A stretch of 64,000 bases of DNA from the human T2T-CHM13v2.0 reference genome, Homo sapiens. The notes under the pieces were generated by a model. The model saw only the letters and a program-made list of their open reading frames with translations, was not told the DNA's origin and made no database searches. Position 1 is the stretch's first letter, and each line of letters starts with the position of its first letter. The DNA lies in assembly GCF_009914755.1 (NCBI RefSeq), contig NC_060933.1; one strand, given 5' to 3'. Below, piece by piece: positions 24,682 to 39,726 of the stretch. The position numbers and the translations under genes are program-made.

Positions 24682-24950
24682 AGCCGGGCACGGTGACTCA
24701 TGCCTGTAATCCCAGCAGTTTGGGAGGCAGAGGCAGGCGGATCACCTGGGGTCAGGAATTCAAGACCAGCCTGGCCAACACCATGAAAACCCGTCTCTAC
24801 TAAAAATACAAAAAAATTAGCCAGGTGTGGCAGAGGGCACCTCTAACCCCAGCTACTCGGGAGGCTGAGGCATGAGAATCACTTGAACCCAGGAAGTGAA
24901 GGTTGCAGAGTGAGACTCTGTCAAAAAAAAAAAAAAAAAAAAGCAAAACA
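24682..24950 (+). mobile_element. AluS with right-arm deletion
   Basis: gccgggcacggtgactcatgcctgtaatcccagc...; ggttgcag joins directly to agtgagactctgtc; poly-A tail. Confidence 0.93.
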
Positions 24951-25476
24951 AGAAGCAAACAGTTTAAAAGACTCAATCATATGAACTTATTTTCAGTCAA
25001 GTTTAAGGTATAATTTAATGGAAAATACTAAAATGATTAGCTAAAAACTAAAAGTATTTCCCCCTTGATATAACTGTAGAGCTTTTAATTAAATGACACT
25101 GACCTGTAGGGACTGCTGACTACCTAAAACAAAATCAGAGGTTTGTGAGATATGTTTATTTTTTCATGTCTAGATTGGCACAGTGTGCTATCTTAAGAAA
25201 TTATTTCATCATAACCACATTGGCAATTTATTTTCATAGTCAGTTTCCTATTGTACTTTTCTATTCTTTTTCCTTCTGGGTTAATTCAAATATCAAAGCA
25301 AGAGAAACAGATTGGATAGAAAGTAGAGAAATTACCAAATTTCAAGCCTACCTAGCTTAAGTATTCCATTAGGTAAAATGAAACAGTAATTGCTGAATTA
25401 AAAATTGATGAAACAATGCTATGCAAAACTTAAATCATAAATTTTACCAGGTTTTCTAGATGTTCAAGTCTTAGGG

Positions 25477-25852
25477 GTAAAGAAATTGTGAGATATCTAT
25501 ACAATGGAATAGTACTGCACAATAAAAAGAACTAAGCTACCGACTACAACATGGACGACTCTTCAAAAGCATTATGCTAAGAATGAAAGACGTTAGACCC
25601 AAAGACATACATACGCTACTGTTCCAAGCATATGAAATTCTGGAAAAGGTAAGATTATGGGAACATAAAGTGGATTAGTAGTTGCCAGGGGAAAGGGACT
25701 GAGTGTAAAGCAACACTAGGGAACTTTTGGGGTGGTGAGAATGTTGTACACCATGATTGTGCTGAGGTTTTTATGGCCACATAGATTGTACACTTAAAAT
25801 TGGCGGATTTTATTGTATGGAAAGTATACTTCAATGAAGTTAATTCAAAAAA
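25477..25852 (+). mobile_element. Old L1M (MD/ME-like) 3' end
   Basis: tatacaatggaatagtactgcacaataaaaaga...cattatgctaag...gattagtagttgccagggg...gtacacttaaaattggcggattttattgtatg. Confidence 0.75.
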
Positions 25853-28800
25853 TTAAATCACGCAAATTGCTTGAACTCTCACACACATAACTCAACATGT
25901 ACAGCTTTCCACTGTTTATAAGCCACCTTACTCCTTTCCTCCTGTATTACAGCACGGCCAAATCACAGGCACACATGCTCCCATTTGCTCCTATTAGTGG
26001 AATATGCAAGACAATCCACTGTGACATGGTGAGTCAACATGAAAACTCCTATTTATTTTTACCTAAAGGTGATTTTTTGCTAGTATCATTCATACACACA
26101 CACACACAGAGTTTAGAAACAGCTTTACATATATATAAATGGGGGTACATGCTCACAAATTTTTACTAATGGGGTGTGTAATCATAAAACTATGGAGACT
26201 ACCTCCCTACAGAGCTAACACCAATATATAGCAGGTATGTGCTATGCACACACACCTTCGCAGACACTCTGCAAGACACTGATAATCCGCCTTTGCTTGC
26301 CTACACCTGCCGGTGTGCTGACCTCTTGGTTAGGTGGACATGTATCAGAATGTGACCCAGAAATTAGGAGATATACCATCTAACTTCTGGATCACCTCAG
26401 GAGTGAGTGATAGGCTCAGACCATTATCTCAGGTAATATGAACAGGGGCATTCAACAAACTTCTAGCTAGGGGTCAGCAAATGGAAAACTCCTAGATCCC
26501 ACATGTGGGTTGGAAAGAGGTGGCTCTGAGTGCTGAAAGCAGGAGTTTCAGGGAGATATTCTGTGGAAGAGAAACCTTTGAGCATTACAAACAGTTCTGA
26601 AGAAAACACTTATACATAATATGTGCAGTCCTCTTCTCTCTCATTCTCCCGCTATTTACCTGTTTTGTAACTGAGATGGGTCCATATGTAATAAGCAGAT
26701 ATTTCAACCTTAAATTGTCATTCTAAAGCCAGTATTTAAACCCTCAGTCAAAAAGTTTAACTGATCTGACTGCTCCCTACTATTTCAGAGTCATTTTTTC
26801 CCTTTTTTGTTAGATTATGTTTATCTCTCTAATTTATAAGACTTGGCTTTCCAAAGTGTGCATGGATCAATGTTGTGTGTCTATGTGCCTGCAAGTGTGT
26901 AAGTATGAGCAGGCAAGATGGGGAGAAGAATAAAAATGGCCACACAAAAAAAATTCTCATTGAAAACAATAGATTCTGGGAAGCATTTAGGGAAATTTTT
27001 CAAGCAATGTTTTGATAATTTCTGAGAAACACTTAAAATCGTGGAAAAAGAACTTGGCATGTTTATTTGTTTTAGCAGATTTACATTAAACACATATTTC
27101 TTGCTGGGCACTGACGGAGGAAGATGCACCGCTAGCATACACAATATACATCAGAGCACTTTGCTTGTGTAAGTAAACAAAATTACACCATTCTCTATTC
27201 ACACAAAGCTCTTTTATGTGACTGTGCTTTTCCAGAACTTCGGGCTAATGTTTCTAGGAGGCCAGCTGGAACAACTGTAATATTTGTAGGCAGAATGAAA
27301 CATACTCATTCATATCACGGTTGTATGTACCAAATGGTTCAAATTAGAACTTTTTTTTTTTTAAATCAACATTTGTTTTGGGTAACGAAAGCCCTACTCA
27401 ATTTTCATGATTTGGAAATTTGTATTTTGCAGAATTTCTCAACAGCATCCCTTTACCTTCAAAATACAATGCTGACCAATCACATCCCTACTCTCCTCTC
27501 TAGGACAGGGATGCCCCATGAGTGAGAGTCTTCAGGGTGTGGCATGGGCAGAAAGAATGATTTCGAAATAAAAATTCAGACTGGACTTTACTTGTTAACA
27601 TTGACCTATGTGAACAAATATGCTTTCCTCATCCACCCCAAACTGCCTTTGTCATGAAGTAAGTATGCAAACATTAGAGATAGGTGTATACCAGCTTGCT
27701 GTGATTACACAGCTAATGCTACATTCAGTTCATCCAGATAATAAAGGACTTAATTTGAAATATCTTTCCTATTCTTCCTCTGCCCAAGGGGAAATGAATG
27801 CTACAGGAATATCCACCATTAGTTAGAATGTTGGGGCTCTCAGAAAACTTTGTATTAAAGAAGTTCCCATCAAGATAAATAACTTATTAGTCTTTGTTAG
27901 CTGACATGCTAACATTAACATTAAATCTTCTTTCTGTAAACACTGACTGCATATAAAGATTGATACTTTAAAGGAGTTACTCATTACACACATGTGCATG
28001 TACACAAACACACACCGGAATACAGAAACTACTGACCTTGGCTCACTCTTATTATATACTACTCTCATTATAAATCACTCTTATTATAGCATTCAAAGTG
28101 CTTCAACTTAGCGAATGGTGATATAATGAGGTGAGGTATATCAAACTACTAGCAAAAAAAAAGTACATAGTCAAAAGAATGCCTCTCCTTGGATTAAAGT
28201 GGAAGTTTGAGGAGCATGGCCCTTGACTCTAGTTTTTAGAAGGAAGAAGCAACATGATAATTTTATGTGACTTTGAAGTAGTGGCTTTGATATATTTCCC
28301 AGTATACAAATATTTATAATTTTTTTCTGATCCATATTTGAAAAAAATTTCACAATGGAAAGGATATATTTTTAAAAGAAGTAATGTATTCACAAGTTGA
28401 ACAATATACTCTCCAAAAATGATCACCTCTCTAACCAAAATAACATTATCAAAATGCCAGGGCACTAGTTTCATGTGGTTCTTCTGATTTTTAAAATATT
28501 GCTTGACATTTGATTTAAAAAATTTACTGTTACAGAATGTTCTTGATTACGGACCAGATAAGAATGTATAATTCATAGAGTACTATGCCTTTTTTCTTCA
28601 GTAACAGTCTATACAGCGTTTTTATTTTAAAAACAGTGATTATGATAGATCACTCTGGGGTTACAACATATTTAATCATAGAAGCTCCAGCTAAGCTCTA
28701 TTACAGGCCTGTCAGGATTTCTTCCTTGTACTGAGGAATTTTAGCTTGTCTAGCTTAAAACCAGCCATATGCATTTCCTCTATGGGCATTTGTTTGCAAA

Positions 28801-31800
28801 TAAATAAAGCAGGTGCCTTGCTTTGCCATATTAAAAAAATTCAAAGGAGTAAATTACTTTCTGCAATGTCTGGAATTGGACTTCAAAGATTCCAAAGTAT
28901 TTTTCAAGTTACCTCGCTGCATTGTAAATCAAACCTGAGAAACTTTTAAAGACACATTTTAATATTTAATAAGAATATCTTAGGAATCATTTAAGTTTCA
29001 AAATAGAAAATACTAAATCCAGTTGATATTCCTAGTATACCAATCTTTAAAATCAAATTACCTATGAGTCCTTAACTTAAGCACAGAATATCTAGCCCTA
29101 TACCTTTAGGCTAAAGCAGATTTTGTATCTTGATTAGGCTAAATATAACATACACAAATTCAACCTCAGAGGAAAATAAAATTAATGTTCACATGTAAAG
29201 AGGAGTCATACTAAAATTTGTAAGCCTTACTAAAAACTCAGCTTTACAATTCTATTATTCTACTATTTATGCCTAGAATCTGAACATATGAATCACTTTA
29301 ATTAAAATGTTAAAACCCTTTTACTTTTAACCAACTTGTGTAACCAACGTATTTTTAGAATATGTGTATTTATGACTGAAAGTATGCCTTTATCTGAAAG
29401 TTCCTGTATTATCGTATATTCTGGATGTTTCCCCTGATGTTTCTGTCTGGTGCTGCTTGTCAGTGATGTGATTACAGTCACTAATTCTTTTGGATTAATT
29501 TTGACTCCTGGTCAATTCAATCATCAATCAGTTCAAGTAAAAATTCTGCTTGTAAACTAAGGAAACTGCCCAAAGACTCCCTAAGAGGCCTTGGAAACCC
29601 CCAAATCATACCAGTAGGGTTTGTGAACATTCTGCAACTTGAAGGTACAAAATAAATGTTATATATCAATAAAACTATGTAAACAAATATCGGTAGTCTT
29701 TCGGAAATCTTTGCAGCTCCAAAAACTAGCAGTATTTGTACAGAAGACCCTCACCTCAATTAAACCCTTTAATAGTTCTTCATATGGAGATGATAACTAG
29801 TGGAGATTCTAGAGGGTACTTATTTTATAGTTTAGAACAGCAAAGGAACCGTTTATGATCCTTAAGGAAAACACTAGAAACAGGAGGAAAGAAAGGGACA
29901 GTCCCTGCAGCGGCCTTGTTTTCTTGTCCACTCAGACATAAAGATAAATCCCTGGTCTTAGGACAGCTATAAATCTGCTTGCTTTACAATAAACAGAACT
30001 CACCAGAGCCCTCTCTGACATTTTTGCTTTGAGGTCTACATTTTCTAGCTTACCTCTCCTTGCATAAACCAAAGTTCCACTACTAAATTTGTAGATAGTT
30101 GAGGCTTTACATTTCTAAACATAAATGCCAGAGTCCCTGGGATTTCCAGATATGCTTTTCCACAATGTCTGAAAAACAGCAAAAATAGGCGCAAAAAATT
30201 TTTTTACATGATGATGGTGATTTTACACATCAAGTAAGGGCCAAAACTTGAACAATTCAAGGCTACAACCTCTTATCTTTGAGGTTCCATAAGGTTCCAT
30301 CTGCACAATCAAGATTACTGATATTGGTATAGAACTTCCAAAGCTTGAATGGATGATTCTCCTTCACATATTATACTTTGAATTACTTTACAAATGAAGC
30401 TGATTGAACAACCCCAAGGAACTTTAACATATTCATTAGGATGTGAGGGAGCAGGGCGAGAAAGGGATGGAATACTTAGTAAGCAGTATTCCATAAAACA
30501 GTGAGGATTGAGTATTCCATAAAACACACTGAGGACTGAGCGTGTGACTGAACAGAAAGATGTATTAGGAGATTTAACTTTGTTCTTTTCTGGGTATAAG
30601 AATAGCCGTAGAACACAAAGATTAATTTCCTGCTTTAGCATTCATCAGGGAACAACACATTATTACTTGTAACACATACACAAGGCTGTTAATGGATCTA
30701 CTTTCCTTTGATTGCTCAGATTAAATGTGTTCCTATAAAAGGCACCCACACATACACATGTGTGTATAATTATAAATCCACATATGCATTAATAGTTTGT
30801 GTTTCTGTATATTAATAAGCCACTATCAACGTAGAGATTATATATTTTATTGGGCCACAAAAGAGAGGTGTTTGGGGTTTGGTGGCTGACTGAAGAAATA
30901 TAGATCAAATACAGAATAATCAGAGTAAACAATCAATATATGTTACTATAACAAAACCTCAGAAATTCAAAATGAAAAAGGATAAAAGGAGAAAGCGTAC
31001 ATTATAGAGCACAAGGTAATAACGGCGTCTGCGTGCCTTAATACCCTCTTGTCCCAGCAGTCCTGACTTTCTAAGCAGCCCACTTCTCCACATTAACGGT
31101 AGTCATTTGGAGAGCTGCAAACGTGCCATTAGAAGCACTTTTACAAGTGTATATTCATCCACCAATTAGCTTAATGTGGCCGCTTTCTGCATATTTTCTA
31201 TCCAGGCTTGCACAAATCTTATTAATATTTCCCCCTAGCGCTTTGACAGATTACCTTGTCATTATGCATCCTGGAGCCTTTTAAACAATATGGGTAAACT
31301 ACTGTTTGTGAGGTTAATGACAATTATCCCCTAATTACTGCATAAGTCACTCAGTCCACTTTATCTCATAGGCAGGGTTCTGCTCTGTGTATCTGCCATT
31401 GTGTCACCGTAAATGAATCTTGTATTGCTATGTTTATCTGCCATTGCCTTGTAAATTATACTGACAGAAGAATGAACAAATTACTGCATGTCATCACTTA
31501 AATACTACTTCTGAAATAAAAATAAAAAGGCTTCGGCACAGAGCTTAAATTTTAGCGGATCACAATTAGTAAAAACATATTTAATGTTCTATGTTGCATT
31601 TCAGAGCTGATAGCTTGGAATTTAGTAGTGGAATCACAACAATGGAAACGGGGGTGAATGGGAGGTGAAAAGCAATGGGAATAAAAGTTAAAGGTGGGGC
31701 GGGGGGGGGTGGGTAACTAAAATTGTAATGCCAATATGATGACCTGAATACATTTCCTATTATTTTGATAGCTGATATGGCATTCTGGAAGTATTTTCCA

Positions 31801-33229
31801 AGGTTCATCAATTTTAAATCAAATTAAACGGGTTAGGTATAAGCCACACTCTTCAGCTGGCATCATTTTTTTTCAGTGACTTATAACTAGTCCAGACATA
31901 AAACACAGAATCTTTGTAATTGAGAACAGATAATGTAATAAAGGCCACAGGCTAAGCCAATTTCATTGATGCATTTTTAAACATTATTAAACAGGTTCAG
32001 AAACAATGTTTCCAAAGTTGCATTTGAAATTGTTTAACAATGTTTACATCAGTGAAATTAGTTTAGGCCACTGCTGCATCACAGTGACCACATCTGCTCT
32101 GATAAAATTTACAGGGAAAATTAGGACAAAATGAGCATCTTTAAATAATAATTTAAAAAAGACAGACTGCATCAACTGCAGATAATTTAGAAGAATTTGT
32201 TTTTAATCTGAAATCTATGATTCTGCAGATTATCAGGTAAATAAATGTTTGTGTGAGAACAGGAAGAAACATCTGGCATTCTGAGATGACTGCCATTTAT
32301 TATCTTAAAACATTTTCAGATGTAAAATATTCAAAATGCTTCCACTATATGACACCAAGGTGGCTGATAACTGGCAAGCATAAGTAACAGGGCCACACCA
32401 ATCTGAAGGATAGCTTTCAACTCTCAATTAATTGGGCATGCAGAAAGCTTAAATCAAATCGCCTTATGACAGCCACAGGTTTGTACAGAGAGGCTTCTAA
32501 CACCGATGATAAAGCTGTTTGGTAGAAACATGCATGTACACCATACAGTAACTCTTGGTGCACTTGCTGAACAGGCTGGAAGAAACAGCTGCAGCAAAAG
32601 GAAAGGGAAACATGAAAGCCAGAGTTGACAGGCCTTGCCCAGGGAGTCTAAGCACAACCCCTCGGGTTCTGATCCCCAGAGAGTAATCTCAGTGTCTGTC
32701 CTGCATGAAAGCAATGCAACTTCAACTGAGCAGGTGCTGCAGGCAAAAATGGAAGTGCCATACTCTTTTCTTTTAGTCTTTGCAGTTAAGGGGACTGAGA
32801 TGCCAGTTAAGACAGACATCACTGTGACAACCACTAAGGGGTTAAAATCTTTCCTGATTTATTTAACTATCTAGGCTATCTATGGATGTACAGCTGAGTA
32901 AAGTGAATTTCTAAATCATTATCTTTTAAGGCTGGATTTCGTTGCCTTTTTACCTTTTGCTAATGATATATCTACTTTGCAGCCTGGGGAAAATAATGTG
33001 TGTTTAGGGGAGACAATTAAGAGAGATAAACTCATGGTGCCACCTCAAAGAAGGTAAGCACCAACAGGATTTTACTGAGTTGGTGAAATCGGTGCTGGTT
33101 ACAGAAATGGGGGCAATCCTGGAAGGATCAATATAAATGCCAAAAGGTACCTGGGTATAAGTTAACAGATGAAGATAGCCATTAAAAAAATAGCAGGATT
33201 TCCCTACTCACTTTAATCCACTTTCTACA

Positions 33230-33910
33230 CACTTTCATCAAATTTCAAAAACATGAGGTTGGGAATATTTCACTCCCCTTCTTAGCAAACCTTTCATGGC
33301 TCCCTATTGTACACAGAATAAATAATAAATCCTCTTACCTGGCATCTGAAGTCCCCTCAATATAGACTCAACCTACATTTCTAACATCATCTCCTGCCAA
33401 GACCTCTGAAGCTCCAGCTACAAAGACCTACTTGCCATAAATGATCCTGAACACTACAAAATCTCACCTACCTCTGCACCCCTCTGCCTTTCTGGTATGC
33501 CCATTTTCATACTTCAAAGCCCAACTGAAATTAACCTCTCCATGAAATGTTTCCTCTCCTATCTTTTTCCTTCCACCTTCCCACTCCCATTAAAAATGAC
33601 CTGCCCCTTCAGTGATCTGCTTATATTTCAGGGATCTGCTTATATTTCTCTGTCAAGTAGGTGTCTTTATTTCAGGTTTATCGTCCTTGATATCCCCACT
33701 GCCAAGAAGACTCAATGCTCAGAGAGTTTATAAATGCTATGAATGTAGGACTTGGGAGGCAGCTTAGAAATCATCTAGTGCCATGTTTTGTCTTTACATA
33801 GAAGGAAATTAACAAGTAAGTATCTTGCTCAAGATCAGGAGGCTAAAGTGTAAGTAGCTGACTTGGGACAAGAATCTAGCTGACCTGACCTGGTCGAGTG
33901 CTTTTCCTAA
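33230..33910. mobile_element. Diverged L2 followed by MIR fragments
   Basis: tcactccccttcttagcaaacctttcatggctccctattg (L2-like); cttagaaatcatctagt...tcttgctcaagatca (MIR-like). Confidence 0.5.
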
Positions 33911-34280
33911 AAATGTAAACTAGTTCCCCAGGACCAATGGTGCAGGGAGGCAGCATCATTACTAGTACGCTAGGGGTGAAGAACAAGTTAAGAATGACAG
34001 TTTTTGCAAAATGCATACATTTTAAAATTTAATCTTCATTGTTTTTTCCCCTGCAAGTACCAGTAAGTTACCTATTCTTAGAAAATGCTTTTGGGAATGA
34101 GATTACCTTTATGTGGTACATTTTCTTGATCAAAGGTAAATCCCAGTGTACAAAAAATCAGCAAACTGCAACACTGTCTCTCATATAGTTGGCAGTTCTG
34201 TAAAGGCTTATGGAGTGAATAAATGAATTAAATGAGCCAGTTTAATATTAGACACATAAATAATGAACCATTACAATTAT

Positions 34281-34562
34281 TATTATTATTATTTTTTAGA
34301 CAGTCTTTCTCTGTCGCCCAGGCTGGAATGCAGTGGCACGATATTGGCTCACTGCAACCTCCGCCTCCCAGGTTAATGCAATTCTCCCAAGTAGCTGGGA
34401 TTATAGACGCCTGCTGCCATGCCCGGCTAATTTTTGTATATTCAGTAGAGACGGGGTTTCACCATGTTGACCAGGCTGGTCTTGAACTTCTGACCTCAGG
34501 TGATCCACCCGCCTCGGCCTCCCAAAATGCTGGGATCACAGGTGTGAGCCACCACGCCTGGC
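34281..34562 (-). mobile_element. AluSx-like with 16-bp TSD
   Basis: TSD gaaccattacaattat at 34265-34280 and 34564-34579; (TAT)n tail. Confidence 0.93.
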
Positions 34563-35518
34563 AGAACCATTACAATTATAAATGTTCGTGGGCGCATACT
34601 TTCTTCCTTCATCTTATCTTCTGCAAATAACTTTTTACATTGATTAATTCCTGAATTCTCTTCTGGTCTTCCCCTCCTTCCTGCAATTTCTAATTTCTGT
34701 TCTGCATCTGTTCAATCTATTTTATAAGGAAAACTTCAACTCTAAGGATGTCTTTAGGGATCTGGCCTACAGATCAATGTAATCAGTTGCTCAAAAAGAA
34801 CTTCTATCTGAATTCTGAAAACAAAACAAAACTAAACCCAAACCTAGAACACATAAAGGCACAGAGGCTACTGGACGGATTTAAACAATGCAGTCTGTGC
34901 CTTGGTCTCCTCACATATGAAATGGGATTAAAAGTAACTATCTGGTAGAGCAAAGAAAATGAAAGAAAAATACTAGTACCTACACTTTGCTGAGGCCTGA
35001 CAATGAGCCAAGTAGGATGCTAGGTAATAGATATGTATTCTGTTCATCTATACCCAAATCAGGCTTGAGATACTATTATCAAACCCACTTAAGAGATGGG
35101 AAAACTGAGGTGCGTCAAAGTTGTCTAATATCATGAAGTGAGTAATTTTCGAAGCCATGATTCAAAGAAGCAGTTTGAGTTGAGCCCTCCACTGAGATGC
35201 TCTTCACAGAAGGCACTCCTGCCTGCTCACACCCATCCAAACCCCATCAATGTCCTCTCCTACTTTATTTCCCACTATTCTTCTGAAATCCAGGCCTGAA
35301 GAGTTAAGAGAGTTTCATATACCTATCTCTTTATACCTATTCTCCCAAGCTTAGTAATGGCTCACATTACATCCTAACTGGATTATTTTGATAGGTGCTC
35401 ATTGTTCCCATTCACTCCTTTCACCCCACTCACATTCTGACGACATTCTGGTGTCAAGGTGCTTTTTCTAAAGTGCACCTCTGACCACATTACAACTCCT
35501 CCCTTTAAAATAAACCTC

Positions 35519-35685
35519 AGCCGGGCCCAGTGTCTCATGCCTGTAAGTTCCAGCTACTTCCATATTCAGCTGAGGCAGGAGAACTGCTTGAACCCCAGAG
35601 GCAGAGGTTGCAGTGAGCTGAGATCATGCCACTTTCCCGAGTGACAGAGTAGACTCCATCTTAAACAAAACAAAACAAACAAAAC
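35519..35685 (+). mobile_element. Alu monomer (FRAM-like or recombined)
   Basis: gccgggcccagtgtctcatgcctgtaa joined to right-arm ctgaggcaggagaactgcttgaaccc; (CAAAA)n tail. Confidence 0.8.
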
Positions 35686-36156
35686 CTCAACGGTCCCATT
35701 TGCTAAATGATTTAAGCATAAATTCTTTAATGCTGCCATTCAAGAACTGCCCCAATCTACCTTTTATGTCTTAGTTCTCACATACACACTCTGACACTGC
35801 ACCAGAACTAGAGAACTTAGCTTTCAGTGAACACACTATATACTCCCACCACCAACGTTTTGCTTATGCTACCTCTTCTACTTAGAATTCTGTCATCAGT
35901 CTGCTGGGGAATCATTTGTGGCCCACCTATCAAATGTTATCTCTCTCTCTTGAATTCTGTGATCTGTTCAGAAGTCCCATTCTGCTTTTTTTTGTGTTTT
36001 TTTAATCACATTCTATTTTATATCTATGTGCCACATGTAATCTCAGATAATCCCTTACAGTATAACCAGCTGAGTACAGGGTCTCTAAAACACACATCTT
36101 TCTACCCCTAGAGCAGAGCTTGGATGGTACTAAAACCATCACATTTATAATACAAT

Positions 36157-36447
36157 TATTATTTTTTAATTTTAGAGAGAGGGTCTCACTCTGTTGCCCA
36201 GGCTGGAGTGCAGTGGTTGTGATCATAGCTCACTTCAGCCTGACTCCTTGGCTCAAGCGATACTCTTGCCTCAGCCTCTCAAGTAGCTAGGACTACAGGC
36301 ATGTGCCACCACACCCAGCTAATTTTTTATTTTAGTTGTACAGAGATGGGATCTCATTATGTTGCCTAGGCTGGTCTTGAACTCCTGAGTTCAAGTAATC
36401 CTCCTGCCTCAGTCTCCCAAAGTGCTGGGATTACAGGCGTGAGCCAC
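36157..36447 (-). mobile_element. AluJ
   Basis: gatcatagctcac..., tatgttgcctaggctggtcttgaactcctgagttcaagtaatcctcc (J-type). Confidence 0.92.
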
Positions 36448-37363
36448 ACAACACAATTTTTATGAATTATGCTGTTCTTATACCTAATTTGTTTCTGTTG
36501 AAAACTAACCACTTGTTACTTCTGTAAACTCAACTACCTTCTTTAGCGACATCCTTACTAAAAAATAAAACAAACAAAAACAGCCAGTGTGAGCCTAAAA
36601 CCTGTTTTTCAATGTCTGATTAGGCAGTCACATTTGCAAATGTAGATATCCAGAAGTTTTACATAATATACTCAGAAATAAGAATATTAATATTTTCTAA
36701 TACAAGTAAATATTCATCTTTCTGAAAATATTTTAAGACCTTGGTTGAGCCTATGATTCTTAGTTCATTTGTTACAGAATTGTTTATAGTTTTAAGGGCA
36801 AAAACTTAAATTTCCTCAAATGTAAAAATAAATGGCAAGAGAGAAAAAGAGTGGCTATCTCAGAAAAACAAGTTGGAAAGAAAAAGAAATGCAGGGACTA
36901 GAGACTAAGTATGAGAAACGGAGCCCCAGGTGCAAATGTGAGAAATGAATATACATTTAAAAGCTGATAGACTAGAGGCAATTTCCAATTGTGGGCAAAA
37001 ACTGAACTGCCCAATGGTGAAACTGAATATTAGCACATTTAAAATACTTTAACCAAAACAATATGTAGTTGAGTCCTGGCCAGAGTTTGAGATATATCAG
37101 CATCTGCAGGTGGGGCAGAGGGAGAAGTGGTAGAGAGCATCTTTTACAGAAGACTTGGTAAGACTAAAATGGCCAAGAGAAAATAAACACATAGATACAT
37201 GAAAGGAGAGACTAATTAATTTTGAATATATCCATTTAATTCTTAATATGGAGCTCTGCTCCTATACCAAAAAGAAAATACACAGAGTGGGGGGAGTAGG
37301 GGAAAGCACAGAAATAAAACAATGTTAATGAATGGATATGAAATGTATTTTAAAAGAAATATT

Positions 37364-37690
<327 letters not shown>

Positions 37691-38224
37691 CTATAAAATA
37701 TAAAAGGCTTTCACTTATTTTACTTTTCATACCTAGTAGCATTTGTTATTTCCAAATCTGTAGCTATAATGGTTCCATGGAATAAAAAAGCTTGCCTTAT
37801 TCCAACTTTTATAATTAGTGAATTGCTTCTCTCTGTGAACTACAGTGCAATGAAAGAGCTCAAGCCACTGCTTAGGATCAACAGGTAGCTGATTTTCTAA
37901 ATCACCAGGAGGACTTTGTTCTTTACTCATCATATCTATTAGAGGAAGAAAAGGTACTATTACATGACAACTACCTATCAAGGACTTAATGCCAGTTTAA
38001 CATGAAATTAAGGTCAAAATTTCACTAATGAAAAGAAGGTGGAAAACATTTCATTTTTTACTTGTAATTACCTACCAAGTCAGGAGGCAACATTTTTGTC
38101 ACCTAATCTTTCTTTCAGCATCTGTTTTTATGGAGTCTCAAATAGACATTGCCTATAAATTCACATGTTCTATTTGCTCTATGTTCAATTTTCTTTGGAG
38201 TAAGGCATGAAGGTTACCCCACTA

Positions 38225-38413
<189 letters not shown>

Positions 38414-39183
38414 CTACCAGGCCAAGAGCAGCAGGTAAAGTCACTGGTGGCCAGCAGCCACTCCTGCATCCAGTCTCTGTCCTGTACTTTCTCCCCAAAT
38501 GCTCTGGCAGATATTTCCTAGCAGCACTTCTGCTTCTTTCTTGTCCTGATAAGGAAGCAACTAAAGAGTCCTTGAAAATGGAGATAGACATGAAAAACTC
38601 TAGCAAATTATCTGTCGGTAGGGTAGGGAAAGACATATTCTAGATAAATATCCAAGAAGTGGGACAGTGGTGGAATATTGTAAAAAACATCAAAAAATTT
38701 AACTCTAATTTCAGGTAATTTTTATTTTAATTTGTTAACTCATAAAGAATTTCCATATGAGGGTCAATTGTCACTTTATCAGTAAGAAGAATTCTAGTTA
38801 GTACTGGTTTCTAATTATTCAGTAGTAGAAAGCAGGGAAAATGTGTGAGTATATGTGGTGGGGAGAGAGAGAGACAAAGAGAACGAACATTGTGTTATGT
38901 CTCTCTCCTTTATCCCTCAGTTCTAATGGTAGTGGAGAACAATAAATGAATTTGCAGTAATATGTAAATATGCAAGAAGTGCCTACCTGATTACATTATA
39001 TTCCAAAAATATTCACTGACTAAACTCAATGACAAAATGAAGTAGTCCTTAGGAAGAAGATCATATGGAACAAGGGGTGTCAATAGAAAAAATTTTCAGG
39101 CACACCTTCTGAATTTCTGACTTTTCTGCTCATATGGAATCTTATGTAAGTTAGTTTTGGGGGGACTAACTTACTTAGGGACC

Positions 39184-39726
39184 TGTGTTGGGGGTCCAGG
39201 TCCCTAAGATCAGTCCCAGGATTGCGAGACTCACAGGACTCAGCACGTGGTCATACGCACACCTAAGACTCACTACAGTGATGGGATACAAAGCAGCATC
39301 AGCACAGGGCAACATGCATGGAGCAAACTCCAGGGGAAACCAAGTGCACGCTTCCAGTGGTGCTCCCAGAGGAGTCACATAGGATGCATGTAATTTCTCC
39401 AGCATTAAATTGTGACAACAGGTGTGAGGTGCTGTCTACAAGGGAAGCTCATTTGCAACTCAGTGCCCACAGTTTTTGTGGGAGTGGTCACGTAGGCATG
39501 CTTTGCCTAGCATGGACCAAAATTCCAGATTCCCAGAAGGAAAGCGCGTGTTCGGCATAAAGCATATTATTTACAGTGTAGAAGCAATGAGCCACTCTTT
39601 CATCAGGTGAGGAAATGGTGGGAATACTCCCAAAATCCAAGTTCCTGGATGCCAGCCAAGGGCCAACCTGGCAAGCAGGCCTCCCTAAAGAGGGCAGTCT
39701 CAGGCCTGCTAACCCTTTTTTCCACA
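39184..39726 (-). mobile_element. MER21-family solo LTR
   Basis: Reverse complement begins tgtggaaaaaaagggttagcaggcctgagactgccctctttagggaggcctgcttgccaggttggcccttggctggcatc, matching the MER21A/B 5' end as recalled. Confidence 0.8.
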
